Shown one piece after another: positions 1-14,123 of a stretch of 64,000 bases of DNA. The position numbers were made by a program, and so were the translations under genes. The notes under the pieces are model-generated. The model was not told the DNA's origin and made no database searches. It saw nothing but the letters and a program-made list of their open reading frames with translations. How positions within the stretch are numbered: the stretch's first letter is position 1; every line of letters starts with the position of its first letter. The DNA is from Antedon mediterranea (Eukaryota; Animalia; Echinodermata): the NCBI RefSeq assembly GCF_964355755.1, contig NC_092677.1, positions 7,276,101 through 7,340,100 on the forward strand, read 5' to 3'.

Positions 1-1302
1 ACAGGACTTTGCAGACTTTTAGCTATTTTTAACAATTTTAAATTCTTGTTTAAATTTTAATATCAAATATTCTTTTATTCAAAATCGTTATTTTAATTAT
101 ACCGTTTAATTTTTCTGTAATATTGAATTCTAAAAACTGTTTTATTATGACCTCGCCGCCTATTTTTATTTGATGGAATCTTTGTTCAGGTTAGTTTAGA
201 TGTGTACTTTGTAATTTATAAGATGATTAATACAAAATAATACCAAACAAGAAACACTTTTTTTGTAGTATATTAAAAACCTCTGTAGTTTCATTCCTGT
301 AACTTAGATTTCTAGGTTCAGGTATTCACATACTGTACTCAATAGGAAATGAATTATTGTCAACTCTTCGCTGATGCCTCAAAATGTAGTTTGAGAAAAA
401 AAAACGTTTATCTGATTGACGGCCATTGACATTAAACCAACCAACCTTGCAATTTGCGTAATGTTAACAAATTGATTTGACAACCACCAACTGCTTTAAG
501 CGGTTTCTTGATATTTAGCAGAAATGCTGTCGAATTTTAAAATAATAATTTTTAATCTATTTTATTTGATGTTTATGCAGCAGAAACAGGTCCTGATAAT
601 AATTCAGTATTGGGAATACCCTTTAATTAATATTAATAATATTCCACATAAAAACCCATTGTGACTCACATTATTGTTCATTTATGCAAAGAAATTCCAG
701 GATGATTAGTTTTTAGTCTGAAGGTATGAACTATTACCACTATCAGCTGCCCTGTTACGCTTCATTGAAGCAGTGGTCAAACTAATGAATGTTAGTTGCC
801 ACCCGACCGGTATTGGCAATCATTCAAAATTTAAACAATGCCCACGTAAAACCAAAAATTATGGTTCAGTTCACATTAATAGTCATTGGTGGTTTGTACC
901 AGGACTTACCAGCCAAAGTTATGATTCACATTCACAAATTTGTTTTTCATGAAGAAAATAAGAATAATAAATGTTCCTGCATGGTTACAGTAGAGAAGAC
1001 GGATTGAAATTTTACTCTTCCCTGGTTACAGGGAATAGTGTATTAAAAAAGTTTCTCTAGACCTAGACCAGGACATTAAACACAATTTAGAGTTGTAGGT
1101 TTGCAGGTAAACAAAACTTCACCTGTTTGTAGGCATACATTATAAAATAGTATGTTTATGGTCTTTTGAAACTAATTTTAAAAATTCCAAAGTGTAGTTT
1201 GGTGGCCTGAAAGCAAGTGTTATCACTAGCGGCTGCCAGACTTCATGAATCATTCAGATAGCAAAGAGGTGATCAATTTCAGTTGTTGTCAAGCAAAATT
1301 AA

Positions 1303-1928
1303 AGCCCCATTCCCTACGTTTTTTAGATCTAATTTAAGGTCACAAACTATATTTAATGTAAAAATGATACTATATGGTCCTATTGCGATATCTTTTTTCG
1401 TCTTTAAACGGTTAAAAATGTGAAAAATAAGTCGATTCTAATAATTATAGCGGCCCGCTATAAATCCCAAAATGCATTGCGCGCGGATTGATATTTTTGT
1501 TTTTCACCTGTAATTCGCCCACTTTTCGATCGATCGTGAGGCCAAAACAAATGGAAGACTCCTAACTTTTCAGCGAAAATACCGGGTTTTCCCCAATTTG
1601 TATCAACGGAGTCTGGCAAAAATAGAAAGACAATTAATGCAGCAACTATACAACGTCAGGCTAGGTATATAGCTCGCGTACGATGTTCGTACGTTACAGA
1701 TGTTTACCAGCTAGGCCTACAAAACTAAGCCTAGCTAGGCTAGGCCTAAGACCGTCCACGAGAGGTCGATCGCCGCGAGCTACTTAGGTAGTGCATTGTT
1801 TCTCACTTTTTATCATAATTTACGATAAAACGTACATTTAAGACAAGGAATGACATGGTTTAATGTTTTTAAAGTGATATATATGTATTATTTTCCAAAA
1901 AACGTCCAAAATTGCAGGGAAGGGGTCT
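1303..1928 (+). mobile_element. Non-autonomous DNA transposon (Kolobok-like MITE, 626 bp), copy 1
   Basis: TTAA on both sides (1299-1302, 1929-1932); AG...CT termini; imperfect TIR AGCCCCATTCCCTAC / AGACCCCTTCCCTGC. A near-identical inverted copy lies at 63058-63683. Confidence 0.88.
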
Positions 1929-2179
1929 TTAAGCAATTGAATTTCAACTAAGGACCAATTGAAACACTTACAAATAATTGATGACTTAACATTATTGAAT
2001 GGTCATTTACAAAAAATAGTAAATAGATTAACATGTGATAAGATGTGCATATATCACCACCACTGTATTATATAATACTTTTATTTGAATTTAACTATAT
2101 TTTTGTAAAGGCCAAATAGTAAAAATTGTTTGTTTCACATGTGGGAATTGAACTGAGGGTTTTACTATATCTTATCTTA

Positions 2180-2895
2180 GGTCGTGTTCGTACGGTGGTT
2201 AAAATAAGCGCTTAATTTCACCCATGCCTCGGGTTATAAATTGAGCGTTGTTCGTACTTGAAATATTTAACCGCTTAAATGCTTAATCGACGAATCACAA
2301 ACCGGAAATTACGTTTTAAGGTCAGTTGTCTTTACAACCTACGACCCCATTTTCGCACGCTAGTTTCGTGTTGTATATTTTTTACTCGCGATCTTTCTTT
2401 ACAATAACAATTACTTGCTACCTTTTACACTGCTTATCCTTGCGACAAACCTTATGCCTCTTAACGCCGATAATCCTGCCGAAATATGCCTTCTCCTGAC
2501 GACCATTATTTTACTCATTGACGAAGAATTTCAGCCCAATGTTACAAGACGGAAACACCACCGACCAGCGGCTCCCCGACCAGCTAGGCCTACTAAGCGG
2601 TCTACACCAACAAGGACAGCACCAGCTGACGATCGCTCTCGAAGCGTGTATGGAAGAGCTTCGTAGGAGAAATGACGGGCCTAGGCAGCGAACGTTTGTC
2701 AAAATTTGACACATTGCCTCTATCGGAGATTTATTATCCTCGAAGGCCGAGTATAATTGGATTATCGCTGAAATAACCTGCAAATTTGGTGAACATTTTA
2801 CCTCGAATTTTTTGTAGCCTGAGGCAAAAGTTAATTGGATCACGTGAACGGAAATCGGGAATAAGCTGGTATTTTCAACCCCTACGAACAGGCCC
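2180..2895. mobile_element. PIF/Harbinger-like non-autonomous element (716 bp)
   Basis: TTA on both sides; imperfect TIR GGTCGTGTTCGTACGGTGGTTAAAATA / GGGCCTGTTCGTAGGGGTTGAAAATA; GC- and CpG-rich relative to its flanks. Confidence 0.75.
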
Positions 2896-2982
2896 TTACA
2901 GTACTGTTATTACTAGATGACATTATATTACTAGCTATTATATTGTACTGTAAATGTAATGTATCAAATATGAGATTGATTA

Positions 2983-3125
2983 AAAGCTTGGTTCCCAGTT
3001 GCAAGGAAGTAAACACAATGCAAGTAATTTGACCAATCATCCAAACTGTTGCTTGTGATTGGTCAACTCACATGCAAGTTTACCATTGCATCGTCAAGTC
3101 AGCTTCCTAACATTTTGAGAACTAC
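2983..3125. repeat. Small MITE-like repeat (AAGCTTGGTTCCCA termini); related copies at 20032-20162 and 23273-23390
   Basis: TTGACCAATCATCCAAACTGTTGCTTGTGATTGGTCAA here matches the reverse complement near 23311-23365; terminus TGGGAACCAAGCTT near 20147-20160. Confidence 0.55.
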
Positions 3126-3759
3126 CTATTTATTAACTATCTTGTTGAAAATATAGATAACTAATGATCAGTCAGTTTTTTATTATAATCTGTAATTGAT
3201 GGAGAATTGATTTAACATTATTAGTCATAAACAACAGAAAACGAGAAGAGAGATTATCATCAGCGGTTGTCATGCTCTAAGAATCACATCTGTTGTCTAG
3301 TTTGATCTGTTCCTCATTGTTTAGTTAAATGGAGTGTTTGTTTAGAGTAAACATAAACATAAAGAAATGATTGGTTTTGCTTGAAGCAAAGATTACATTC
3401 AATGCAATTGTTGTTTAAAACAATGCCAGAAGTTATGTAAAGTGGCATGCAAAGATGTTCAGAATGCAGAATGATGTTTGAAAGGAGATATACAATTACC
3501 AGGTGTCTCATTGCTATGGGGAAGGCCATAGAAGTAAAAGCAGTTTGAGGTGCAGCACTGAAGGTGATAGGGGGAAGTCAGGCAAACAAAGTTGGTAAAT
3601 GTTCATAAACAGTTTTACTCCAGTATCTGAGATCAAAAGGCTATCGGTACAATACAAGCTCCTCCTATTCTCAGGAATCTTTATCCTACATAAATCATCT
3701 TCCTATTCCTTTGGAAACCGGTTTGCATTCCTGGCAAAACAAATGGAAATGTAACCATC

Positions 3760-3950
3760 CTCAGGCCTAACTGGAAACAGCGGAAGTTTAGATTAGTCCC
3801 TCTACAGACCTATACAGCATCAGCAACAGACTATCCACTACTCTTTTTGAATAGTGAACCAAGGTCTTTAACATGCCCTGTATTGAGAACAATGGCTTTA
3901 CATCCCATCCTATGCAAATCAATATGGCTGACAGGCTTAAAACCCATGCT
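3760..3950 (-). repeat. Old SINE remnant (Deu/Nin-domain-like); similar remnant at 27150-27265
   Basis: CTACTCTTTTTGAATAGTG...GGTCTTTAACATGC...GGCTTTACATCCCATCC resembles the antisense conserved domain of invertebrate SINEs; heavily degraded. Confidence 0.35.
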
Positions 3951-3956
3951 AATCAC

Positions 3957-4085
3957 AAACTTTATGTGACATAAAATGTGATGTGTTTATATATGGATAA
4001 TGATGTCATATCTCTACCATATTTGGGCATATCACTACCATATTTGGGCACATCACACTTCTTTTTGTTAAACTAATATTGTAGA
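3957..4085 (-). repeat. Short ~150-bp MITE family (TIR AGCTCTGTCTACACTATCAAACT), copy
   Basis: Reverse complement of the GATGTGCCCAAATATGGTAGTGATATG core seen at 24280, 44255, 51332 and 59785. Confidence 0.75.
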
Positions 4086-7000
4086 AAGTCTTCACTGTTA
4101 CCATAATTCAATATTACTCTCTGAAAATAAGAAGATACCAACATCTCATTTCATTGGATTGTGTTTAAACTTATTGTCAATCAAATAACCATTACTTCGC
4201 GTTACTAAAAGTTGCACAGCGATAACTGGTTAAATGGTTTTCTAATTCCCAACGAGTTTATTTTCACGCTGCCATTTAACCGGTTATTGAAAATTCGTCC
4301 TGCTTAGTGCTGCCAAGAAATTGGGGGTCATTTTTTCGCATAATTATTAATCACTTATTTTTTCACATCAAAACAGGACCTATGAAATATTTTTATATCA
4401 CTTTAAAATTTACCAGCAATGTGAAAATGTCCTCAACAATCCATGGGTTACCAAATCTTTCTAGGTTTCCGAATCCTAAATTCTTCTCACATGAGGACAT
4501 TCACAAACAAAAAAGAAAATTTGCATATAAATTGAAAAGCACGCAGTATAACCAAAAGTGGCCTTCTTTAATGCAATTAGGGTTCACTAAATGCTTAGTA
4601 TTAATACGATTTCTTGTAAAAATACCCAAATGGGGAAAAAGTTAATTAAAACCGTGTTGTTTCAGATTTGATAAATGAATAAAATAAATTTATCCAATTA
4701 TCACAAAGTCTTGATAAATGAATGAAAGGAATTTATTGCTTATTAAAAACATTATGGATTTGTTTGATATTGTCAATAAAGAAGATTTACATTTATCAAT
4801 CATATACTTGTGTTATTCTGTGAGTCAATAATATTTTTATTATTAATTGTATTGTACTCTATTCAATTAAACAAAATACATGTTGTTAAATCTAAAATAA
4901 AAAAGCGTATAACTCTTAGTTTAAAGTGATAGTAGTACTGTAGTTTTTGTAAATTTATAAAAAATATGGATGTGGGTGAAAATCTAACATGAATTGAAAA
5001 ACAAAGTAAAAATAAAACATGTTATATTTTAATAAATCTGAAAAAAATTGCACATAACCTTAATCGTAATGGCCAAAACAATTTTTTTGATATCAAAAAG
5101 TTTCATTTATTCAAATTTTTTTTGTACCAGAGAATATAAATTTTACATATTGAATGTCTTTACCTATTAAAGTCAACCTATAAATGCCGTTTTGCCCTAT
5201 TCATTGCATGAAACTTGATCATCACAAAACATGTGCATAAGAAAACAGTGGGATTCCTCTTTTACTAAATATAAACCAACAGGCCTACAGGCAGATTTGA
5301 TATGAGATTACGCACCTTGATCATATTGTACATTGAATAAACTTGTAATATTGATGTTGTTCTACACCTCAGCGTGATCCTGAAATTAAATTATTATATT
5401 ATCATAATATTATTATTAAACCCCGGAAGTAGGACTTTTAGTAAAAATTCTGAATGACCTATTTTTCGCATAGAAAGATACATTTCAATATTGGACATAA
5501 GAAAGATGAAATCTTTGCAAAATAGGTTAATGCGTATACTACTAATGAGTGGCATACAGAGCTAAAGAAAGCTTTTTGGTGGTGATCATGATAGGGCAGA
5601 CTGATTTTTTTTGTGGTGTTTGTTGTACCTGTAAGTGCCTCTGATAAACCTTTTTGATTTGCATGTTGTGTCATATAATATTATCAAATGATAATATAGG
5701 TGGCAATAGCAGATCCTGGATTTTGAAATAGGGGGACCAAGGCAACCCAATCTCTTAATTATCTTTTGCATCATAAGTTTTAAAATGTAGATATGCCTTG
5801 GCAAGCTGGCCTTTGCCTATGGGTGGCAACATTTAGGGGTAAACAGATAAATTTATAAAGCTGAATTGGGATTTTGTTTACTTTGCACTTTTAGTTTGTT
5901 TTCATCTGGTTTTATGAAAAATTGTTCAAATATAATATCTAACAAATTTATGTTTTTATTACTATTTTCTTGAAAATAATGTAAAGAAAGAACAAAGAAA
6001 ACAGATGTATTATCCCACATAAGGCCACAATTTACAAAATTAAGATTAAAATCCAGATTTAATCATTATAGCAATTAGCTAGTAAAAAAAGTAATTGTTC
6101 ATTTTATTCACACTGTGACCACAGACAGAATTTTAATACTATCAAACCAAGCAGGCACGCATTACAATTTTATATTTTCTTTGATTCAAATACGCAATTA
6201 CCACGGCTTGTTAAATCCTAACTATTTTTACATTGCCCACTACATCTCCACATGTACGTGTGCTTGATACCGACTCATCTATGATCACTTATGACAGATG
6301 TATTATCTTGTGCGATTTGAATTTCTCGATTTCTTGCAGTCTTCAATTACGATACCTGCTGTGGTTGGGTCGACAGTTGCTTAAGACACCCTTAAGGTAC
6401 GAAGCGTGTGGCAGACGTGCACAGGGTTTTAGTTGTAACATTGTGTTATAGTTGTTTTTTTGCCTTTTGTAATGTGACCGACAAAAGAGTGTTTGCTATT
6501 ATAGTTAAACCTTAAAACTGTGACAGAAATTTTATTCAGAACAGTCGTTGGCCTGTGTACACTGTGAGCAGTCATTGAAGGCTACTTCTTTCAGTGTTTG
6601 AACCAATTGTTAACTTCATGGACAAATTTGTGGACGAATTTGTGGAAATATTTTGCTTCTTTTTGCATTAATTAAAAGAATTTATGTAAGTTTTAAATAG
6701 CTTTATTTTACAACTAAAAATATTTCTATATTTTATATTATTTTATTATATTTATATTCTATATTTCTTATATTATTTTTATATTTCTAGTAGTGGCCAC
6801 TTAGAGTTTGATATTTGTTAATTTTGATTGTGGTAAACAGTACCTAATATACTAGTCCAATAATGATTTGCTGAGTGTTTTTTAATTATTTTAACTTTTC
6901 AATGAATGATTCACAGTTAAAAATACAAAGCATTGAAATGCAAGAATATAAATGGCCTTTTCAAGAAATAATTGTATTCATTAAAAAAATCTATATCACC

Positions 7001-10000
7001 AAACATAAAACTGTTAGTTTATTGATTTTAACAAAACATGAGAATGATGGGAAAATATCACAAATTTTTAGTTTATGTAAAAAAAAAAAAATAACCTAAT
7101 AGTCAATTTTTTTATTTAGCCTTATGACTTCCTAATATTATTGCACATGAAAGCGTTCTCTAATTGTGAGTCTTTAATTATTGACTATGACACTCTAAAT
7201 TACAAAACATTTATTCAAACCTAGTAAAAATTCAAGTTATCTGAAAAAAAATTGATACGATAATGCAAAAAAAATATTACAGAAAAATAATCCATTTAAG
7301 TTTAACTACTATCAAGTAAATATCATCTCCAACACGATTTACAAATGAAATGATGATATCAATCAACCATAAGAAAGTTGACAATTTATGACAGATAGAG
7401 ATCGGGTAACATCATGCTTGACCAGCGTAAAATCAAGATGACCAATGACAATATTTTTTTAAATATTAGGATCTCGCATACAAAGCTATTTTTAAAATTA
7501 ATTCCTGGAAGGACAGGGTATGTTGAAATGTATTGGAGTGTTAGTTTCATTTGCTTAATCTTGGATGAAAAAATGTTAAGACATTTATCAGCAACATCTG
7601 TCAGTATGAATATTTGTGCCAACAAAAGGTCAAAGGTCAAAAAGCTAACAAAATTATTTTATTTATATGTTTTTTCTTTTTTTTTTCATTAAAGCAAATT
7701 ATAAAAAAATGTTAAAATGATATTTGTGTATTAACTCTTTGATGATTTATGAAAGGATTTTAAAGTTAACGGTAAGGTAATGACAGAAAAAATAAATAGA
7801 GGATGCTCAAAAGAGGGAAAAAAGGCCCATCATACTTCAATAGGCTACATATTGTATTTATTATTAAATTTTCTAAAAATAAAGTTAATACTAAATTAAT
7901 TAAAATTGCACAAAACAGATTTATTTCTCAAACCTTTTGAATGTTTAGTTTCATCTCTAAATTAGGTTGACTGCACTGACCCTTTCTCTCACTTGGGTTC
8001 CCTACGCACAGGGTTCAATCTCCATGTTGTCAAATAATTTGTAAGGTCGGCGAAGGTTACTTCTTTTGTTTTCACAATAAAATGTAGTAATGGGACATCT
8101 CATACCTGCAGGGGGTTGTGTAAAATAGACATGTTAAAGCTAGTGTGAGCACATGAGTTTAATATAATCTAAATGCATAGATTACATGATAAAATACACA
8201 AGGCGATTATATGTTGGTTTTGTAAATTATGTTAATTTGTCTTTTGTTCAAAGTTTTCTTTCATTTAATTCATATTGAAAAAAAATTACTTTATAATCTA
8301 GTCACAAGTCGATTTAATTGATCCCAAAAAAAATATCATAGGCCTAACTATTAGCAAACAATGTAGGACCAGGGAGACAAGTGCATTAAGGCAAAATCCA
8401 TCTCTAGATCTTTTTAAAATAACTTTGCATTTAAATAATATAATTAATGCATCAACCCCTCAATTAATTATTTTTGTTATGCACAATATTGAAATATGCT
8501 TTCCTTTATTTTATGAAAAAAAATCAATATAGTTACAAAAAACTTCATTTCATAATTTCATTTTATTGAAAATTAATTAACAATTTAAATTTAAAGGCCA
8601 AACAGTAAACAAAAAAAAAAGGAGTGCAATTTTCATTGTTGTCCCTCACATTAAACTAGTAGGCCTACAATAACAACAAAAATATATCCCAAGACACAGA
8701 GAAAAACCAAGTCTCAAACATGAAATATTATTTTAATAAGAAATCATCACCTCTGCCTTAGAGATAGGTTTATTTTTCCCTGAATGACTAGCTAGAAATG
8801 TTATGATCCTTTAACAATTGCTACACATTTTGTACAAGAAAATTTAGTTGATATTTTACTAAAGATCTATCAATTATATTTGTAAAAACTCCAGATTATA
8901 ATCTAACATGATAAGGTATAATTTAATAATCTAATGCAAATAATCGATTGTTTGGAGGCTAAAAAAACATATTTTCTTTTAAAAACTTCTGTTTGGGATC
9001 AAGTACTTAGGGGGTATTTGACAGGAGACAAGCTTTGCCCTTTGCAGTGCACCCCATGGGGAGACAATCTGCTTACCAGACCACGACAAGGATTTATAGT
9101 TTTCATTTAATATAATAACTTATCAATAATTTGTATAAATTTTAAATAACTGTGTCTTCATGATTTCAGTTTGTATTGAATTGTTAATGTCATTTTAAAA
9201 TCTATATTTATTGGCAGCATGCATTTACATTTGCAATCTTTTGGTTACGATGTGCTATGCGCAGGTATTGAGTTCACAAGTCACTCTGTGCTTGATGCGC
9301 TTAATTGTTTCTGAGCATACACAGAATGACTTTTTGACTCAATACCCTAGGAAATCTATTGAAGATGTTGTGATAATGAACGGTTGAAGGTTTCGCAATT
9401 CTACAGTAAATTGTTTGTAATTATTGTAAGAATGATTGGATATTTTAGGTTTCACTCTCAACTGGTATATTTCAGTAGAATTATTTGTGACATTTACCCG
9501 AATGTAACATAGATGAATTATTAATACTGACTACATAATTACTTTACTACTACAGGCAAGGTATCGTTATCCGATTTCTGTAACATTTGAACTTTGAACT
9601 TTAGTGCAATGTTAAAAACACCAGAACTAAAAGTATAAAATTTGGGATTCAACCCCATGCTTTATCATCACAACTTTCAGCACCATTAAAAATTTTCTAT
9701 TTTAAATATTAATATCAAATTGATTTCAGATTACTGTGTGATATGATACTAATATCCAATGTTATGATTATTCATCAAGGGACTCATAATCATAAAAAAG
9801 CAAATCATTATTAATAATAAAGTTGTCTTGTCGCTGTCGAATAAGTGTTGATTTTCAGCCATTAACCTCCAATCGCTCATCGTCAATTGCACGCAATTTG
9901 CGTTTCATCATAAATTTATTAATTATGTATAATGTTAAGTTACACTCTTATTACAGTAGTTTATCAAAATTATTAATTATTCCTTGAAAAAACACTAATT

Positions 10001-13000
10001 ATTAAAACAACTAATCTTTAATGAGGTGTAGAAGTGTAAATTTAATTTATTCATTACTACAGAGACTTTGAGTGATTAAAATGTAAATAATGATGAGTTT
10101 AGTCTCTATATGAGTTAAACTCTCTAGGGAAAGTAGATCATAAAGTTTGCTGGATTGGTCCAATGAAAACCCTTGTAATTATACATACCTACAGTATTGA
10201 GATTCATTAAGTATGTTTACATAGGAAAGCTAAGAAAGCAACCAACATACTTATAATTTAGACTGAAAATACATATACATGCTTTTTAGTCTATATTTTC
10301 ATCAAAATTATCCCTTATCATCCAGTAAAATAATAATAATAATGTCATTAAAAAAACCAAAATATATTTCGTAAAAAAGGTCCTTTGTTCCCTGAGCACA
10401 GGGTATTTTTGTTATTATGGAAAGAAATTATTTTTAAAAATAAAAAAAAATTCTATAAGGTCTATAAAATCTATGAAGCAATTTTTGTTTAAATTATTCT
10501 ATTACAGAAGGTTAAACTTTTAAGTCATATTGTACTAGTTTTATCAAATGTTTGCATTTATTATTATTAAAGCGATCCTGAATTTCCAAATTCAATTAAA
10601 AGTACACTCAAAATTGTCAGATTTTAACATTAGAGTCTAAACAACTTGAAATCTAATATTTACATGTTTAAATAAGTTTCCGATATCATGGATAATGTAT
10701 GTAATACTAGTATTCTTCAATTGCCCATTTCTAAATTAGGAAATTTGATTACTAATTTTATTCGCTCCAACAAGTTAGATCTGGCTTCCATGAATACTAG
10801 TGTTGATTAAGCATGTGCGCTTAGTTTTACCTGTTGTTGAAGGTGTATCAAATTAACGAAGCCCAGTATACGATGGTAGCCAATGATGTAACACCAGAAT
10901 CAGTCTTCAACGCATGAGGTTCTCTCTTCATTACACTTGCATTTATTATTCATTGAAAAACCATTTAGGTAGCATTACGTCGGAGTCTGTACTGCATATT
11001 CTATGTTTCATTTTTTAAGCTTCCAACTTGGATCTTATGTATTGTAAGTACCACTTCTTTCAGCAAGTGTCGTTTCTTTATGGTCTCTGTATGTAGTTTT
11101 GTTGTGTTAGGCAAAATTAAACATTTTTAGTTTCACATCCGCAGATTTAAATGAAGGGCTTTAAATTAAAAAATATAATAATTAATAATAATTAAATAGA
11201 TAAACAAAAACTTACTTACATTTTTCTTAAATAAAACAAAAGGAATTAGAAAAGTTTTAATCCTAGAACTATAGGATAATCAGTCATACATGCTGTGTTT
11301 AATAATTATAAATACTAATATAATGTCAATGTCATTGTCAATAAGATTAAAACAAATGATGTCATTATCAATAAGAACAATAACATTGTTGTATCATCAT
11401 GATATTATTACTCTTATTAATCAAAACGTCGTTTGATTGGACTTGTGATATTATTTTCATCGAAGGCAACATAAGTGGTTATCCTATAGTTCTAGTATGA
11501 ACAATGTTCTAAGTAGTATCTAGTTATCGTCGATAGTATTGGAAAATACCAAATAGCTTCCATTGGTAAACTTGTCTAAATTATAAAGAACCTTTTAAAA
11601 TCATGCTGCGTACTTGGATTGTAAACATTTAGATTTATATAGACATGCAGATGGTACAGTGGTATCAACAATAGTAGTTTGTTTATTCATGGAGGAATCC
11701 TTCATAGTATATTACAGTTGTTTCAGGGAGATATATCGTCCTGGTTGTATACAATATTAAATGATTTATGATTCGGTTTGTCCATTATTTTCATTGTAAG
11801 TATGTATTAAAATCTTGTACTTGTAGTCAAGACATGTTCTGTATGTCCATTCTCCTGCTAATAGTTTTGTTGGTCCAATCATTGGTTTAACATAGTGTTC
11901 ACTAGCTAAACCTAGGAGAAGACTTAATGCAACTAATGTTGTACATTCTCTTTTTGAGACCTGTTCTATTTTTTTTTAAATAATTAAATAAATAAAATGA
12001 AAGATGAAACCCAAAGTAACTGCAGTAAGCATGTATGGTTATCTGCAGTATATTATTATAGTATTATAATAGTTATTATGTTAATTAAGATATACAGTAA
12101 TACTAAATTTTATTTGTAAAATCTATCTGGGAAAGAATGAACAAGAAACCTATACTATTTTATTATTTATTATGTCTAGCCAAAGTCATAAAAATGAATA
12201 ATTAGAAGAGAAAAAACAAACCAAGCAACCTAGATTACTCTGTATATAACTGTATGTATTTTATGCTATTTGTTGCAAACAAAAACAACTTTTATACGGG
12301 TACATTCTTAATAATGTCTTGTTAGCCTACTACTACTACAATTTCCATTTTGTTTTAATAACTCAGTTTACACTGTAAACAATTTGATTTACTGTCCCAA
12401 AACAAGGGTTTTCTCAAACTGTTCTTTTACTTTTTACATTCTGAAATTAAAGTAAACTGGTAATGTTTGACAAAAGGTACTTACCAAAAAAAAAATTAAT
12501 TAATCAAAAATCAGAAATTGTCACAGTCTTTATAAGAAGTGGAAAATTTAAATAAATGTATTTGTGTTCCAAAAAAACAAAATAAGATGACAATTTTCAA
12601 TTTGCAAAAAGCTAAGCCCTCATACAAAAAAAAATTTCTGGACTGAAAAAAGGAAATAATTTCTAGATTAATAACAAATAGATGCACTGGTTATGTTTAA
12701 ATAACATAGTATAAAACTGACTCCAAATAGGGAGAGGGAAGCCATGATTCAACGTTTCAATCTTTATTTGATCATCATCAAGAATAATAGATAAATGATG
12801 ACAGTAGAAACCTTATAATAGACACTTTCCTTTGAAATGAGAGATGGGCAATATATGCCTAACACTGTGACTAAAGGCTGGTTGTACTGTATTGACATTA
12901 AAACAGAATAATTGTATCATAAAGTATTATTATCATATTTGTAAGTTTGTAGCATTGTAAACAATGTTTACCATAAACAAAAGTATAAAAATAGGCTTTG

Positions 13001-13527
13001 ATGAATCATACCTTTTTTTATTCTGTTATTATTTTGGATTTTAAAAATAAGGATTTTGTTTATAAAAACAAAAAATGTATACAAAACTCGAAACACATTT
13101 CTTTTGTAGTTGATTGAATACAATTAATTCCAATAGGCAAGGCAAAGTTATAAAATGGTTTAATGTGCTAAAAATATTTCAGGAGATTTAGAAAATACAT
13201 TGAAATCTTTATTCAATGACGTTAAACAGAACTCTGGGTTTATCATACACTATATAATCAGTTGAAACATGGTTGAAACAACATTGGTAATTAATAATAA
13301 TAAGGGCAACTATTATTGGTCAAAATGATTATTTTAGACTACAATGGTATATTCATGTTGTGTATTTTAATCTTTATGAACAATGAATGCCTATATGAAT
13401 TGCTGTATTCATAAAAAAAAATTCTGTTTACCTTGACATGTTTCCAGTCAGTTTAATCTGAAATGTTTTAAATCCGATCAAAAATTAATCTGGACATATT
13501 TAATGCATTGTTTTGGTTCTCTTGCAG

Positions 13528-13658
13528 AGTTTGGGAGGTTAAGTCGAGTGAATTCACAGCAGCTGGTAAGAAGAGCCTAATTCAGTCACTCACAGGACTT
13601 GCTACGAAAGAGACGCACATGGGTCGGAGTACCTGGGAATAATAAACACAAGTTATAG
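13528..13658 (+). other. Candidate non-coding 5'UTR exon of the nephrin-like gene, with a short uORF
   Basis: Acceptor TTCTCTTGCAG ends at 13527 and donor AG|GTAAGC starts at 13659. The ATG-containing exon has its own acceptor (TTTTTTTTACAG at 14066), so an upstream exon is needed. uORF MGRSTWE* at 13619-13642. Confidence 0.45.
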
Positions 13659-14123
13659 GTAAGCTGAGCAGTTTTTTTTTAAACTTAAGCAAATTAAAAA
13701 CTATACATACAGTATTAAAAAGCATTGTATATTATTACATGTATTTTGAAGTTATGGAATTTTAAAAAGTGGAAATTGATTCTATCTAATATTTATTTAT
13801 TCTCTATTTTGTGTTTCTTCTTACTAACAGCGGTAAACAATAAATGATGATAATGATTATTTCGGAAGATAACTCTCTAACGAATAAACTGAAAACAATA
13901 ATTATATTTACTTAAATTTTGTACTGTGCTGGTGGATTTTTATATTAAAAGACCATAAAAATAATCAACAAAATCAACAGGCACCGTACATCATAAATGA
14001 ATAATATGTACAGGAAATGAATGTTTATGTGAAATTAAGGACTATAAAATTCATTTTTTTTTACAGCCAATAAATGTTTGTCTTTCTGGGATTATTTCAA
14101 TAGTTCAACACCAATCAACAGCA

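Noticed and set aside
6618-6685. Alternative signal-peptide exon for nephrin
   Set aside because: The ATG frame stops before the donor, and the hydrophobic frame has no ATG nearby and ends in phase 0 rather than the required phase 1.
789-7692. Short ORFs in the first 8 kb
   Set aside because: Compositionally biased AT-rich ORFs with no domain signature; I could not build a phase-consistent exon chain.
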